NCBI GenBank assembly: GCA_963422375.2
Contig: OY729427.2
Location: 1,120,001-1,184,000 of the forward strand
Length of the DNA stretch: 64,000 nt
Source: Bryobacterales bacterium
GTDB taxonomy: Bacteria; Acidobacteriota; Terriglobia; Bryobacterales; UBA6623
Direction: 5' to 3'
Of this stretch, positions 1-11,198 are shown in pieces. The position numbers were made by a program, and so were the translations under genes. The notes beneath the pieces are model-generated. The model saw nothing but the letters and a program-made list of their open reading frames with translations, was not told the origin of the DNA and did no database searches. Numbering within the stretch: the first letter of the stretch is position 1; every line of letters starts with the position of its first letter.

Positions 1-752
1 TCCCGCCGAAGTACTTCGCCGGGTACCCGCGGGGCGGTCACGCGATGCCGAGGACTCCCGCGGGCGACCTGGCGGACATCCCCGCGGGAGGGCAGGCGCT
101 GCTCGAGCAGAAGCGGCATTTCATGCGCGCGATTCGCGCGGCGGATTCCGAGCGCCCGGGGACGTGGGCCGAGGCGGTCCGGGCCTACCTAGCGAGCTGC
201 ACGTTCGCGGACCACCAGCTGGGCAGGCTGCTGGACGCGCTAGGGCGGTCGGACCATGCCCGATCCACGATCGTCGCGCTGTGGTCCGATCACGGCTACC
301 ATCTCGGCGAGAAGGGCCATTGGGAGAAGTTCGCGCTGTGGGAAAAGGCTACCCGCGTGCCGCTGGTGGTCGCAGCTCCGGGAGCCGTCGAGCCCGGCTC
401 GGTGGTCGAATCTCCGGTGTCCCTCCTCGACCTCTATCCCACGCTCGTCGAGCTAGCCGGATTGCCGGCCAAGCCCGGCCTGGACGGGGACAGCCTGGTG
501 CCGCTGCTGCGCGACCCCGATCAGGAGCGCGCCGTTACGATGACGTACCAGCGGGGCAATCACGCGGTCCGATCGATCAGATGGCGCTATATCCGCTACG
601 CCGACGGCAGCGACGAGCTGTACGACCACCGCTCGGACCCGGACGAGATCAACAACCTCGCGACCAGCGGGGACTACGCCGACGTGATCCGCGAAATGGC
701 GCGCGCGCTGCCCGAGCGGAGCGCAGAGCCCGTCCCGGCCCTAGCGCGGTAG
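1..752 (+). CDS. Sulfatase, C-terminal part (5' end lies outside the window)
   Basis: Frame is open from position 3 (PPKYFAGYP...). Sulfatase motifs WSDHGYHLGEKGHWEKFALWE, RVPLVV, SLLDLYPTL and ELYDHRSDPDEINNLA. Confidence 0.9.
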   Translation, partial: PPKYFAGYPRGGHAMPRTPAGDLADIPAGGQALLEQKRHFMRAIRAADSERPGTWAEAVRAYLASCTFADHQLGRLLDALGRSDHARSTIVALWSDHGYHLGEKGHWEKFALWEKATRVPLVVAAPGAVEPGSVVESPVSLLDLYPTLVELAGLPAKPGLDGDSLVPLLRDPDQERAVTMTYQRGNHAVRSIRWRYIRYADGSDELYDHRSDPDEINNLATSGDYADVIREMARALPERSAEPVPALAR

Positions 753-950
753 CCAGGCGACGATCCACACCCTCGTCCAATCCATGACGGATCCGGGCGA
801 GGCGCAGGCACAGGGCCAATCGCCTACTCGGCATCCTGCCGTTTCCCTGCTAGCCCGGACCATTCACGAATGCGATCCACGACCAAGAACCCGCATTGGG
901 CACGATGCCGTGCCCGCGAGAGCGCACGGAATCCTCTCGATGCGCTCTGC

Positions 951-1078
951 CTAGTCCGACAGCCCGGCCTTGCATGTCAGATCCGACGGACGGACGCCCG
1001 ATTCCACGGCTTCGGGAGAGATTCTGGCTTGGGAGCGCTCGGGAGCGCCGGGCCGGTCGTCAGCGACTGTCGGACTAG
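951..1078. mobile_element. Candidate small MITE with terminal inverted repeats flanked by CTAG
   Basis: CTAGTCCGACAG (951-962) and CTGTCGGACTAG (1067-1078) are perfect reverse complements. No credible ORF lies between them. Confidence 0.45.
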
Positions 1079-1119
1079 CCGTGCGAGCGCGTTGCTGCAT
1101 CCGGGCCTGTAGGTGCCCT

Positions 1120-2930
1120 TCAAGGACAGTGACCGACCGCTCTGGGACGGCCGGTTGACTTCCGAATATTCTTGCTTCCGATGGCAACTTTGCGCCAAGA
1201 CAAGCGATCTAGGGCAATGCTCATACGACGAACGGCCGCCGAATCAGCTTGTCCACGCCTTCCGTGCTCGGCCGGATTTCGAAAATGTCGAGGCTTGGTG
1301 AACGCCGACCCCGTACAAAGACCAGCGCAAGAACGTAGGAATAAGCTGCCCCATACGCTGATCAGCTTCCCTAAAAACCTCTCGCTTCTGCGGAACTGCC
1401 TCTCCTCCCGCGGACGGTCGCTGTGGTCGAACAGTAGCAAATGACCCTGCGTCGCCCCGCAGCGGTCCATATGCCGCACCGTCTGCTCTACACCCTTCCG
1501 CACCGCGCTGTCCCTGCTCCCCTTGAGGAATTTGCATTCCACGACGAACTTCTGAACTCCCCTCCTCCACGGCCATTCCACCAGAAGGTCCGTGCTTAAT
1601 CGTCCCAAGGCATACTCTCTCTCGATACGCCCCGCGCCGTTTACCACTCGTTGCAGAAACGCCTGCAGCAGGAGTTGCGGGCCTGCCTCCTTGTACTGGT
1701 AGCGCTCGATCCAGTGCTCCGAATTCTCCCGATAGAACTCTTGGAAGCCACTCAGCAGCCTGGCCATGTCCAAGCCTCCGCCCTCGTCCGCGTACGGGTT
1801 TCCGGCTGCAAGGACCACCTGCTGCGTTTCCCAAGTGAGCTCCCGCAGCACCACTTCGGCATAGATCGGATTGGCGATTCGCAATGGCTCGTCCAAGGCG
1901 ACCAATCCCAAGTCCTGCACGTACTCCAAGTCATGGACACTGTAGTGCCATCGGGAACCACCGCTCAGCAACGGCTCAATCACACGCCGGACGCGCTCTT
2001 CGCTCAGCTTGTCCGCCAGCTGGTCTAGATGCACCACCCGCCGCTGGATCAGACCTTCCTCCGCGTCCACGATGGCTTCCTTGGTAACCGCCCTCGCACG
2101 GTCGGTCCCGTGCCGACTCTTGAAGCAGGCCTGCTCGCACAACGCGTTCACCAGCCATGGCTGCCCCGAGGTCCGGCTCCAGACCCGCTCCACAGCCTCC
2201 TCTGAGAACTCCTGCCCGGTCTCCGCTGTATGCTGTCCCAGCAGCGTGACGACATCCTCGCGGCTCAAGTCTCCGAGCCGCAGCGACGCGGCGCTGATGT
2301 TGAATGCGCTGCCACCCGTCATGCGACGACCCGTAGATCCGGAGTCGATCCTGTAGTCCCGCAGGTCGCGCACGCCGCATAGCACAACGCTCTGCGGGAA
2401 ATTCCGCGGTCGCATGTTGTAGCCCGAGCGCAAATGCCGGAGCACCGATATGAGCGTGTCTCCTACGAGGGAGTCGATCTCGTCGATCAGCAGTACGAGC
2501 AGCAGTACGAGCGGCCGCGAGTCCTCCCGTGCCCAGCGGCGCAGGACTTGGGCGAGAGCGGTGCCCGCGCCCCAGCGATCTAGGACATCAATGGACATCT
2601 TCTCTGGGAAATCGTCGTCCAAGGTCAATTGCGCTCGCTCGCTCAACGCGCCGAGAATCGTCCGCATCGCCCTCTCGACGTCCTCTCGCATCGCCTGGCC
2701 CGCCTCGACGTTGACGTAGACACAGCGGAAGTCGCCTTCCCTGCCGCTGTTGAGAAGGTGCTGCAGCGCCAGCAACGAGGATGTCTTTCCTGTCTGCCTA
2801 GGGGCATGCAGGATGAAGTACTTCTGTTCCGGATGAGGCCCAGCACCTCTTCCAAGCCGATCCTCGCCAGTGGCGGGATGCAGTAGTGATCCTCTCGGAC
2901 TATTGGGCCGGATGTGTTGAAGCTGCGCAC
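1120..2930 (-). pseudogene. AAA-like ATPase with C-terminal PD-(D/E)XK nuclease-like domain, frameshifted
   Basis: N-terminus MRSFNTSGP..DHYCIPPL (start 2930) is out of frame with KYFILHAPRQTGKTS (Walker A); a 1-nt loss near 2825 explains this. Walker B is LIDEID. C-terminal EREYALGR..TDL..VVECK. The family-like end (ISVWG, ~1348) reads through without a stop. Confidence 0.8.
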
Positions 2931-3463
2931 TCCGCAGATTGACGTCGCTACTCAATCCTACGTGCTAGGCCCTGTCGCGGCCGCACCGGATCTCCAATGG
3001 GTGGACTCCGCTGGCGGCGGGCCACGCCGCGTCCAATCGCCAACGTCCGGTGCGACGCGCCGAGCGAGACAGCTGCAGGAAGGCGAATGGACGGCCTGCC
3101 GGTCCCTCGCACCGGCACTTGGTCGACGACGGTCGCATCGGAGGTGAACGGTTCCTTAGGTCCGCGCCGGTCTTGCTACGGCGACAATCGCGAGTCAGGA
3201 GCGGGTGTTCGTTGTCGGCCGGGGATCCGGTGCTAGTCACCGGTGGAGAGCAGTGCTTTACGAGGTAGCGCCGGGGGTGGGTTCCCGGCGCCATTCCCGC
3301 AGCCTTGCCCCTAGGGCTCCGCCGGACAGTCTCGCCGCCCGACTCCGAAGGCGATACTGAAAGCCTGCGAAGGGCGCTTTCCGCGGTCTCGTGCCGCTTG
3401 CAGTGACGCCGCATCGGGCCTCGGACGCGCCGGGGCGCGAGACCTCAGCGGCCGGCCAAGCCG

Positions 3464-4255
3464 ATGGCAGTCGAATTCGGACGACCGGTCTTCCACTACC
3501 CGAGCGTGGACACCACCATGCGCGTGGCGGCCACCCGAGCACGGGAAGGCTGCCCGGAAGGCACGGTCGTGACCGCCGACGAACAGACCGCCGGTCGCGG
3601 TCGCCTCGGACGCAGATGGGAATCGGAACCGGGCCAAGGCTTGTACCTGTCGTTGGTTCTGAGGCCCGCCTGCCGGCCGGACCAGGCGCCGTTGCTGACG
3701 CTGGTAGCGGGGCTCGCCGTCAAGGAGGCAATCGAGCACGCTGCCGGCGTGCGCTGCGACATCCGCTGGCCCAACGACATCCTGATCGGCAAACGAAAGT
3801 GCTGCGGGATTCTCGTCGAAATGGAAGCCGCCGGCGGGCAGGTCAGTCACGTCGTGGTCGGCATCGGCATCAATGTCAACCAACTCGAGTTCCCGCCTGC
3901 GCTGGACGGCACGGCAACCTCGCTGCGAATCGAAACGGGTCGGCGCTGGACCATGGACTCCGTGATGCGGTCTGTGCTGGAATCGACGGCGTCGGTGTAC
4001 GACATCTTCCGGACCGCCGGCGCCGAGCCGATCATCAAGGCGTTCGAGCGCGCTTCAACCTACGCGTGCGGCCGTCGCGTAGTGATCGAGGGGCTCCCGC
4101 CGAGGGCGGCCGGTCCGGCCCGTGGCGTTACCGCGGGGCTATCCCCGAGCGGCCACCTCCTGCTCCGCAGCGAGGATGGCACGGTCGCGCCCGTCCTGGC
4201 GGGGAGTGTGCGCCCCGACGCGGTCACAATGGACGACAATGCTCCTAGCTGTTGA
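3464..4255 (+). CDS. birA: Biotin--[acetyl-CoA-carboxylase] ligase (no N-terminal HTH)
   Basis: Motifs ADEQTAGRGRLGRRW, IRWPND, KCCGILVE and GIGINVNQ. Confidence 0.95.
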   Translation: MAVEFGRPVFHYPSVDTTMRVAATRAREGCPEGTVVTADEQTAGRGRLGRRWESEPGQGLYLSLVLRPACRPDQAPLLTLVAGLAVKEAIEHAAGVRCDIRWPNDILIGKRKCCGILVEMEAAGGQVSHVVVGIGINVNQLEFPPALDGTATSLRIETGRRWTMDSVMRSVLESTASVYDIFRTAGAEPIIKAFERASTYACGRRVVIEGLPPRAAGPARGVTAGLSPSGHLLLRSEDGTVAPVLAGSVRPDAVTMDDNAPSC

Positions 4256-5006
4256 CGTCGGGAACACCAACCTGACCATCGGCCTGTTCGACGGCGCGGA
4301 GCGGGTCGCGGACTGGCGTCTCAAGACCGACCCCGAGCAGACCGTGGACGGCTGGGGAGCCATGTTCCACAACCTCCTGTCCCTCGCGGCCGTTCGCTTG
4401 GAGGACGTGAGCGGATTCACGTTCTCGTCGGTGGTTCCCCAGCTTGACGCGTCGATCAGCGGCATGGCGCGACGCTACCTCGGGCTCGAGCCCTTCCAAG
4501 TGACGGCTTTCAGCCGCACCGGCTTGGCCGTCCGCGTCGAGAAGCCCGAGGAAGTCGGCGCGGACCGGGTAGTCAATTCCGTGGCGGCGTCCGAGCGCTA
4601 CGGCTGCCCGTGCATTGCGGTGGACTTCGGCACCGCGATCACGTTCGACGCCATCTCGCCGGATCGCGAGTACCTCGGGGGCATCATCTGCCCCGGCATC
4701 CAAGTCTCGTCCCAGGCGCTGGTCCGGCGCACCGCCCGTCTGCCGCAGATCGAACTCCGCCGTCCCGTCAAGGTCATCGGCACCAGCACGGAGGGCAGCT
4801 TGCAGTCTGGCTTCTACTACGGAATGCTCGGCATGCTCGACGGAATCCTAGACAAGATGCTGGACACGCTCGGGCGCGATGCGTCAGTGGTCGCGACCGG
4901 CGGCCAGTCCGAAATCCTCGCGCCCGCCTCGCGGTACATACGCACGATCGATGACGGGCTAACGCTGGAAGGCCTGCGCCTGATCTGGAACATGAACCGG
5001 CCCTGA
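4239..5006 (+). CDS. coaX: Type III pantothenate kinase
   Basis: Motifs [34 protein letters not shown] and VVATGG. Overlaps the birA stop. Confidence 0.95.
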   Translation: MLLAVDVGNTNLTIGLFDGAERVADWRLKTDPEQTVDGWGAMFHNLLSLAAVRLEDVSGFTFSSVVPQLDASISGMARRYLGLEPFQVTAFSRTGLAVRVEKPEEVGADRVVNSVAASERYGCPCIAVDFGTAITFDAISPDREYLGGIICPGIQVSSQALVRRTARLPQIELRRPVKVIGTSTEGSLQSGFYYGMLGMLDGILDKMLDTLGRDASVVATGGQSEILAPASRYIRTIDDGLTLEGLRLIWNMNRP

Positions 5007-5016
5007 GCGATTGCCC

Positions 5017-6483
5017 ATGCTCCCGCCCTACGGCCATTCGCTCGCGCTGATGACCGATCTCTACCAGCTGACAATGTCCCTCGGGTACTGGCAGGAGGGC
5101 CTCGCCGACCGGGAGGCGGTCTTTCACCACTACTTCCGCGAGTCGCCGTTCGAAGGAGGGTTCGCGATCGCTGCCGGAATCGGGCCGGCTCTCGCCTGGC
5201 TGCGTGACCTGCGCTTCCGGCCCGACGACCTCGAGTACCTGGCCGGCCTGCAAGGCCAGCGCGCGGAGCCGCTCTTCGACGCACGATTCCTCGAGTACTT
5301 GGGAGGCGTGACCTTCCAATGCGACGTCGACGCGGTCCCCGAGGGCACGGTTGTCTTCCCCAACGAGCCGCTAGCCCGCGTGCGGGGCCCCCTGCTGCAA
5401 TGCCAGCTGACCGAGACGGCGCTACTGAACATCGTGAACTTCCAGACTCTGGTCGCCACGAAGGCCGCACGGGTCTGCCTCGCGGCGGGAGACGATCCGG
5501 TGCTCGAGTTCGGCCTGCGCCGAGCGCAGGGAATCGACGGCGGACTCAGCGCCAGCCGGGCCGCCTATATCGGCGGGTGCGCGGGAACTTCGAACGTCCT
5601 GGCGGGAAAGTGCTTCGGAATTCCCGTGCGCGGCACGCACGCCCACAGCTGGGTCCTGTCATTCGAGAGCGAGCTGGCCGCCTTCGAGGCGTACGCACGG
5701 GCTATGCCGCACAACTGCGTCCTGCTCGTCGACACCTACAACACCCTCGAAGGGGTCATGCGGGCGGTCGAAATCGGAAAGAAGCTGCAGGGGCTCGGAT
5801 ACGACTTGAACGGGATCCGGCTCGACTCGGGGAATCTGGCGGCCCTGTCGGTCGAGGCGCGCAATCTGCTCGACGCGGCCGGGCTGGCCGGGACGGCGGT
5901 CATCGCGTCGAACGATCTCGACGAGTACGCCATCGCGGAACTCAAGCAACGCGGCGCCCGCGTCGGCGTGTGGGGCGTGGGCACCAGCATCGCGGCCGCG
6001 AAGGGCCAGTCCGCTCTTGGAGGCGTCTACAAGCTGGCGCTGCTGCGCGATCAGGACGGGCGCTGGGTCGCCAAGGCCAAGCGATCCGAGGATCCGTCGA
6101 AGGCCTCGGTGCCGGGCATGCTCCAAGTACGCCGGTACTCGCTCGACGGCGTGATGCAGGGGGACCTGATTTACGACGAGCTGGAGCCGCCCCGAGGGCC
6201 TTGGACCGGCTGCCTGCAACGAACGGAGTCGGACGCGCGGCCGACCGAGCTCGATGGCTCCCCCCATGACTTGCTACGGCCGGTACTGCAGCGAGGGAGG
6301 CCGGTCGATCCCGCCGAGCCGCTGGAGCGACTCCGCAGCCGGTGCCGGAAGCAGCTCTCGTCCGTGCCGTCCGAAATCCTCGAACCGCAGCCCAGTCGCG
6401 CCTTCCCGGTCCTGACGGAGACCGGGCTGCTGCATCGCCGGAACGCGCTGCTCGGCCGCCCCCGTCAGTCCGTTGCGCACTGA
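5017..6483 (+). CDS. pncB: Nicotinate phosphoribosyltransferase
   Basis: Motifs [45 protein letters not shown] and GGVYKL. Confidence 0.95.
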   Translation: MLPPYGHSLALMTDLYQLTMSLGYWQEGLADREAVFHHYFRESPFEGGFAIAAGIGPALAWLRDLRFRPDDLEYLAGLQGQRAEPLFDARFLEYLGGVTFQCDVDAVPEGTVVFPNEPLARVRGPLLQCQLTETALLNIVNFQTLVATKAARVCLAAGDDPVLEFGLRRAQGIDGGLSASRAAYIGGCAGTSNVLAGKCFGIPVRGTHAHSWVLSFESELAAFEAYARAMPHNCVLLVDTYNTLEGVMRAVEIGKKLQGLGYDLNGIRLDSGNLAALSVEARNLLDAAGLAGTAVIASNDLDEYAIAELKQRGARVGVWGVGTSIAAAKGQSALGGVYKLALLRDQDGRWVAKAKRSEDPSKASVPGMLQVRRYSLDGVMQGDLIYDELEPPRGPWTGCLQRTESDARPTELDGSPHDLLRPVLQRGRPVDPAEPLERLRSRCRKQLSSVPSEILEPQPSRAFPVLTETGLLHRRNALLGRPRQSVAH

Positions 6484-6502
6484 GACCCCGTGCCCGGCGG
6501 AT

Positions 6503-7708
6503 CTATCCGAGCTCCGGCATGTTCTCGCGCAGGATTCCGATGTCCTTGTCGCCGCGCCCGGACAAGTTGACCACGAACGCCCGGTCCTTGGCGGCGGGCG
6601 CACGCGCGACAGCCTCGGCGACGGCGTGGGCCGACTCGAGCGCAGGGATGATTCCCTCGACCTCCGACAGCGTCCTCACGGCCGCCAGCGCGTCCGCGTC
6701 GACGCAGGAGGTGTACTCGACCCGGCCCCGGTCACGCAGCCAAGCGTGTTCGGGGCCGACCGAGGCGTAGTCGAGACCAGCGGAGACCGAGTGCGTCAGC
6801 GCGATCTGGCCGTCACCGTCCTGGAGGATATAGCTCTTCGTGCCTTGCAGCACCCCGGGCGAGCCCCCGGCGAACCGGGCGGCGTGGTCGCCGAGCGACA
6901 GCCCGCGGCCTCCGGCCTCGACGCCCACCATCGCGACGCCGTCGTCCTCCAGGAATGCGTGGAACAGGCCGATGGCATTGCTGCCCCCGCCCACGCACGC
7001 GATCAGCACGTCCGGCAGCCGTCCGCCGGTCGCGGCAAGGAACTGCTCGCGTGCCTCGAGCCCGATGACGCGCTGGAAGTCGCGGACGATCAAGGGATAG
7101 GGATGCGGCCCCAAGGCGGAGCCGAGCATGTAGTGGGTGGTCTCGAAGCTGGCAGCCCAGTCGCGCATCGCCTCCGAAATCGCGTCCTTCAAGGTGCAGC
7201 TGCCCGTGTCGACGCCGATCACCTCCGCTCCCAGCAGGCGCATGCGGAACACGTTCAACGCTTGGCGCCGCATGTCCTCCGAGCCCATGTATACGACGCA
7301 TTCGAGGCCGAACAGCGCGCATACGGTGGCCGTGGCGACTCCGTGCTGACCGGCCCCGGTCTCGGCAATGACGCGGCGCTTGCCCATGCCTCGGGCAAGC
7401 AGGGCCTGCCCGAGGCAGTTGTTGATCTTGTGGGCGCCCGTGTGCAGGAGATCCTCGCGCTTGAGGTAGATCGCGGCTCCGCCGAGCTGCTCGCTCAGCC
7501 GGCGCGCGTGGAACAGAGGCGTCGGCCGCCCCGCGTACTGGCGAAGGAGTCCGGTCAGCTCGGCGCGGAACGCAGGCTCCTTCCGCACCTCCCGGTAGGT
7601 CGAGTAGAGGCTCTCGAGCGGCGCCACGAGAATCTCGGGCGCGAAGCGCCCCCCGAAATCGCCGAAACGGCCCAGCGCGTCCGGGACGGCGGGGAGTGTT
7701 CGGGGCAT
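6503..7708 (-). CDS. trpB: Tryptophan synthase beta chain
   Basis: PLP-lysine motif [16 protein letters not shown], plus [21 protein letters not shown] and NLSGRGDKD. Confidence 0.97.
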   Translation of the reverse strand: MPRTLPAVPDALGRFGDFGGRFAPEILVAPLESLYSTYREVRKEPAFRAELTGLLRQYAGRPTPLFHARRLSEQLGGAAIYLKREDLLHTGAHKINNCLGQALLARGMGKRRVIAETGAGQHGVATATVCALFGLECVVYMGSEDMRRQALNVFRMRLLGAEVIGVDTGSCTLKDAISEAMRDWAASFETTHYMLGSALGPHPYPLIVRDFQRVIGLEAREQFLAATGGRLPDVLIACVGGGSNAIGLFHAFLEDDGVAMVGVEAGGRGLSLGDHAARFAGGSPGVLQGTKSYILQDGDGQIALTHSVSAGLDYASVGPEHAWLRDRGRVEYTSCVDADALAAVRTLSEVEGIIPALESAHAVAEAVARAPAAKDRAFVVNLSGRGDKDIGILRENMPELG

Positions 7709-7788
7709 GCAATCACTTTATCGCGGGGGCCGGCGACCAGCCCCGCGGGAGCGGGCCGAGCCCGCTTCGCGCGTCCGGCGTTACCCGC

Positions 7789-8958
7789 TTAGCGGGCGGG
7801 ATTCTCGTACCAGACGACCCCGAGCCCGTCCGTTTCCTCGCAGGTGAGGATGTCAAGATCCCCGTCGCCGTCCAAGTCGACGAGTTCGACGCGATCAAAC
7901 TTGGTGCCTTCCGGCCCCCCGACATCGGTCGCTTGCCATCGCGCCTCGGTGGGATCTCCCGCGTGCTTCAGCAGCCCGACCCCGGACAGCTCGCCAGTCG
8001 CGTTCTCGCAGGTGAACACTAGATCCAGCGCGCCGTCCATGTCCATGTCCCCCGCGGCCACGGCCTTGCCGGTGCCGAAGCCGCCGGGGATCTCGATGTC
8101 GTGGGCCCGCCAGTTGGTGCCGCGCTCGGACATAGCCCGGAAGAACTGAATCGGGCCGTCCTTGACCGCCATGATCACGTCCGCCCTGCCGTCGCCGTCG
8201 AGATCCGCGATGTCGAGGAACATGGCTTCGAGCTCCCCTTCGGGCCCGATGCGGCGTTCCGGCCAAGCCGCGCTGCCCGGCATGTTCACGAACCACAGCG
8301 CACCGCTCCGCGGCCCCTTGCGGTCGCTGGCGACGATGTCGTCCCTGCCGTCGCCGTCCAGGTCGTGAGCGACGATCGACATGACCCAGCCTGCGCCGTA
8401 CCAGCGGTTCCACGAGGCCTTGCCGCCGGGCGTCGCGGGGAAGCGCCACGATCCGATGGCCGCGAAGTCATTCTTCGAACCGGCGACTAGATCGGTCGTT
8501 CCGTTGCCGTCCACGTCCATCGGCATGGCGAACATCCACTGCCCCTTGCCTTTGGATCGCACGACAGGCCTCGTCTCCCACTTGGCCGAGTCCATGTAGT
8601 CGGCAGCGGGCGCTAGATGGACGTAGATGGTTTTCTCGTCTCCCTCGGCAGAACTCACGACGTCCATGACCCCGTCTCCGTTCATGTCCGCGAAGACCGC
8701 GTCCTCGGGCTTGGTGACCCTGCCGACGATGACGGAGGGCCAAGCCTGCGTGACCTTGTCCGGGCCGGGATGCAGGTAAGCCTTGACCTCGCCTGCCTCC
8801 TCCCAGCCCGTGGCGATGTCGGGCAATCCGTCACCATTGACGTCCGCCACCCGCACGCCGTCCGCGCCGCCGTCCGAGGCGTCAATGGAATGGCGAACCC
8901 AAGGGCTGCCGAGGAGCGCCGGAGCGAGTATGAAGAGAACCGCGACAAGGCATGCCAT
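7789..8958 (-). CDS. Secreted FG-GAP/VCBS-repeat protein
   Basis: Signal-peptide-like N-terminus. About seven DxNGDGxxD / DLDGDGxxD repeats. Ends in WYENP. Confidence 0.85.
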   Translation of the reverse strand: MACLVAVLFILAPALLGSPWVRHSIDASDGGADGVRVADVNGDGLPDIATGWEEAGEVKAYLHPGPDKVTQAWPSVIVGRVTKPEDAVFADMNGDGVMDVVSSAEGDEKTIYVHLAPAADYMDSAKWETRPVVRSKGKGQWMFAMPMDVDGNGTTDLVAGSKNDFAAIGSWRFPATPGGKASWNRWYGAGWVMSIVAHDLDGDGRDDIVASDRKGPRSGALWFVNMPGSAAWPERRIGPEGELEAMFLDIADLDGDGRADVIMAVKDGPIQFFRAMSERGTNWRAHDIEIPGGFGTGKAVAAGDMDMDGALDLVFTCENATGELSGVGLLKHAGDPTEARWQATDVGGPEGTKFDRVELVDLDGDGDLDILTCEETDGLGVVWYENPAR

Positions 8959-9403
8959 GCGCCTAGATTGTATCCGACCTGCCCGTCTACGGGCATCCCC
9001 CGAAGCGAGCTACGCAGAGGCTGGGCCAGCGGCGCGCTAGCCCGGAGTGTTCGCGCAGCCTTGGGATCCAGGAATCCGTTCGCCTGCCTGGCGCGGGAGG
9101 CAGCGCCGGACGGTCCGTGCAGGCAGCATCCGACCGGCGGCGGTTCTGGATCCAGCCATCCTCGCCGGCGGCAACCCAATCCCATTCGCTGCGGCAGGAG
9201 CAGCGTTTCTCTGCGGAGGGATTCCTGTCGCCGGACCGAAATGCTCCTGCGATCGGTCAGACGGGCCGCGATCACGCGCCCCTGAGCATGGGTCATGGGT
9301 CGCACAACTCGGCGGCTAACCCTCGTAGCCGCAGTGGGACTCGGCGCAACCTAAAGTGCCCACAAGGAATGGGTCGCGACCGGGCGCGGCCAACCCCTGA
9401 CAT

Positions 9404-10755
9404 CAGGAGCCTTTTGCAAAATTCAGAAAAGAGGGCTGACCGCCCCATGAACGACTAGTTTCCGGGCTGTTATTCTCGCCGAAAAAGACCCCCTTCAGCT
9501 GGGCTTGCTCCGCTTCGGGGCGCTCCTGCGAGGAGCGGCCCCGTGCAGGCGCAGCTCTCCCGGCCCGGCGGGCGGGCGCTCTGCCCGGCTGTCCCGGCGG
9601 CCCGGGCTCTCGGAGCGCCAGGCGCAGGAGCTGCTCCACCGTCAGCGCGAGCACGCCGAACAGGAGGTGGCACAGCACCTTGCCGTGGCCGCGGACGCGC
9701 ACGTGGCGCCCGCCGCAATCGTCCTTCAGGCAGCCGTTGACACGCTCCACCGTCGAGCGCTCCCGATAGCGCAGCTTCGCGGGATCCGCCCGCCAGGCGC
9801 TGCGCAGCGCCTGGGCCTCCCGTGCCAGATCCGCCTGCAGCTCCGTCCGGCCGCGCGGGTTGACATCAATGAGCGGCACGTGCCCGAGCCGCTCGCTGAA
9901 GGCCCGGATCCCGGCCGCGTCGCGCGCGCTGTCCATCAGGTCGTACAGGTTGTCGACGCGGCCCGCGGTCAGTGTCGCCAGCGGGATCGCGGCCTGGCTG
10001 TCGTGCAGCGAAGCCGAGGTGAGCAGGCAGCTGACCGGGATCCCGCCGTCGATCGCGTCGATATGCAGCTTGTAGCCGCGCCAGCTGACGGTACGGCCCT
10101 TGGCGTTGCGCTTGGTGCCGGTATCGCAGCCCTGCGGCAGGTCGTGCAGCATTTCTTCGAGATTCATGTCGGGCTGCCGCGCCAGTCGGCGCGGATCGGG
10201 CGGCCGCTGCTCGCCCTTGCGAGGGCGCCCGCGCTTGCGTTTCGGCTCCGGTTCCGGCGCGGGCTTCCCGGCGGGCCGCTCGCGGCCCTCGATGGCGGTC
10301 GAGTCGCGGGAGACGTGCCCTGCCAAGCGGCCGTCGAGCGCCCGCGCGAGCAGCGCCTGGTGCAAGCGTCCGGGCAGTTCGCCGGCGGCGAACTCGGCGA
10401 AGGCGCGCGAGAAGGTTGCCTCGCCGGGCACGGCCCCGGCCAGGTCCCAGCCGCGCAGGCGGCGCAGGCGGCGCAGGGTGTGATCGGTCTGCAGGCGCTC
10501 GACCAGCGAGCGCGTAGCGGGCTGGTCGAAGACGGCCTTGGCGATGCAGGCGCGCGCCATGGCGGCGCGGCTTTCGCGGGGGCGGCCGCGGCCGCCCTGC
10601 CCGACGGGCAGGAAGTCCTCGACCTGCGCCAGTTCCACCGCTTGGACGAAGCTGCGGCAGCGCTCACCGAGGGGGCCGAGTTCCTGCTCGAGCCAGGGGA
10701 ACAGCCCCTGCTGGAACGTGAACCAGTACGCGGATACGGTTTCTATCAAGGACAT
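9404..10755 (-). mobile_element. DDE transposase (IS5/IS1182-like, DUF772-type N-terminus), probably degenerate
   Basis: Motifs VPGEATFSRAF, SRDSTAI, GYKLHID, SLHDSQAAIP and YRERSTVERVN. The likely stop at 9610-9612 reads CGA. A candidate element end GAGCCTTTTGCAAAATTC lies near 9407; its partner was not found. Confidence 0.8.
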
Positions 10756-11198
10756 GCCGTGGCGGTCGCGACTTGGCTGGACAGACCGCACGCTGCTGGA
10801 CCTACCCTTGGGACCATCCAGCTCAATCCGGACCGAGATCTCGCTAGGAGCGCCCATCAAGTGGATTGGAGCCGAAAGTGGTTCGGCAAGAGTGATCGCG
10901 GACGTGTCGGGAAGTCTCGGCAAGAGGGCGAGTTTCCCACAAACATCCGAGTTTCGCCACAAGGGGCCATGGAAGTGCCCAAGCTTGGCCGCGAAGACCT
11001 GAAGCGCGTGGTGAAGCAGGTCAAGAAGGCAGACGGCTTGGATGAAGACGCACCTTTATGGGCGCTAGAAGTGGCTAGAACCACACGTAATTGGCCAGCG
11101 GTGGAGGAAGTGATCCTGCCCAAGCATAGCGTGGGTTTGCTCTGCTAGTCTGCCGTGAACGCAGAAGGAATATGACACATCAAGTTGGATTTGTTATT

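Noticed and set aside
9505..11148. 547-aa plus-strand ORF
   Set aside because: Mostly the antisense shadow of the transposase. Only the last ~100 codons might be a gene remnant, and I could not identify it.
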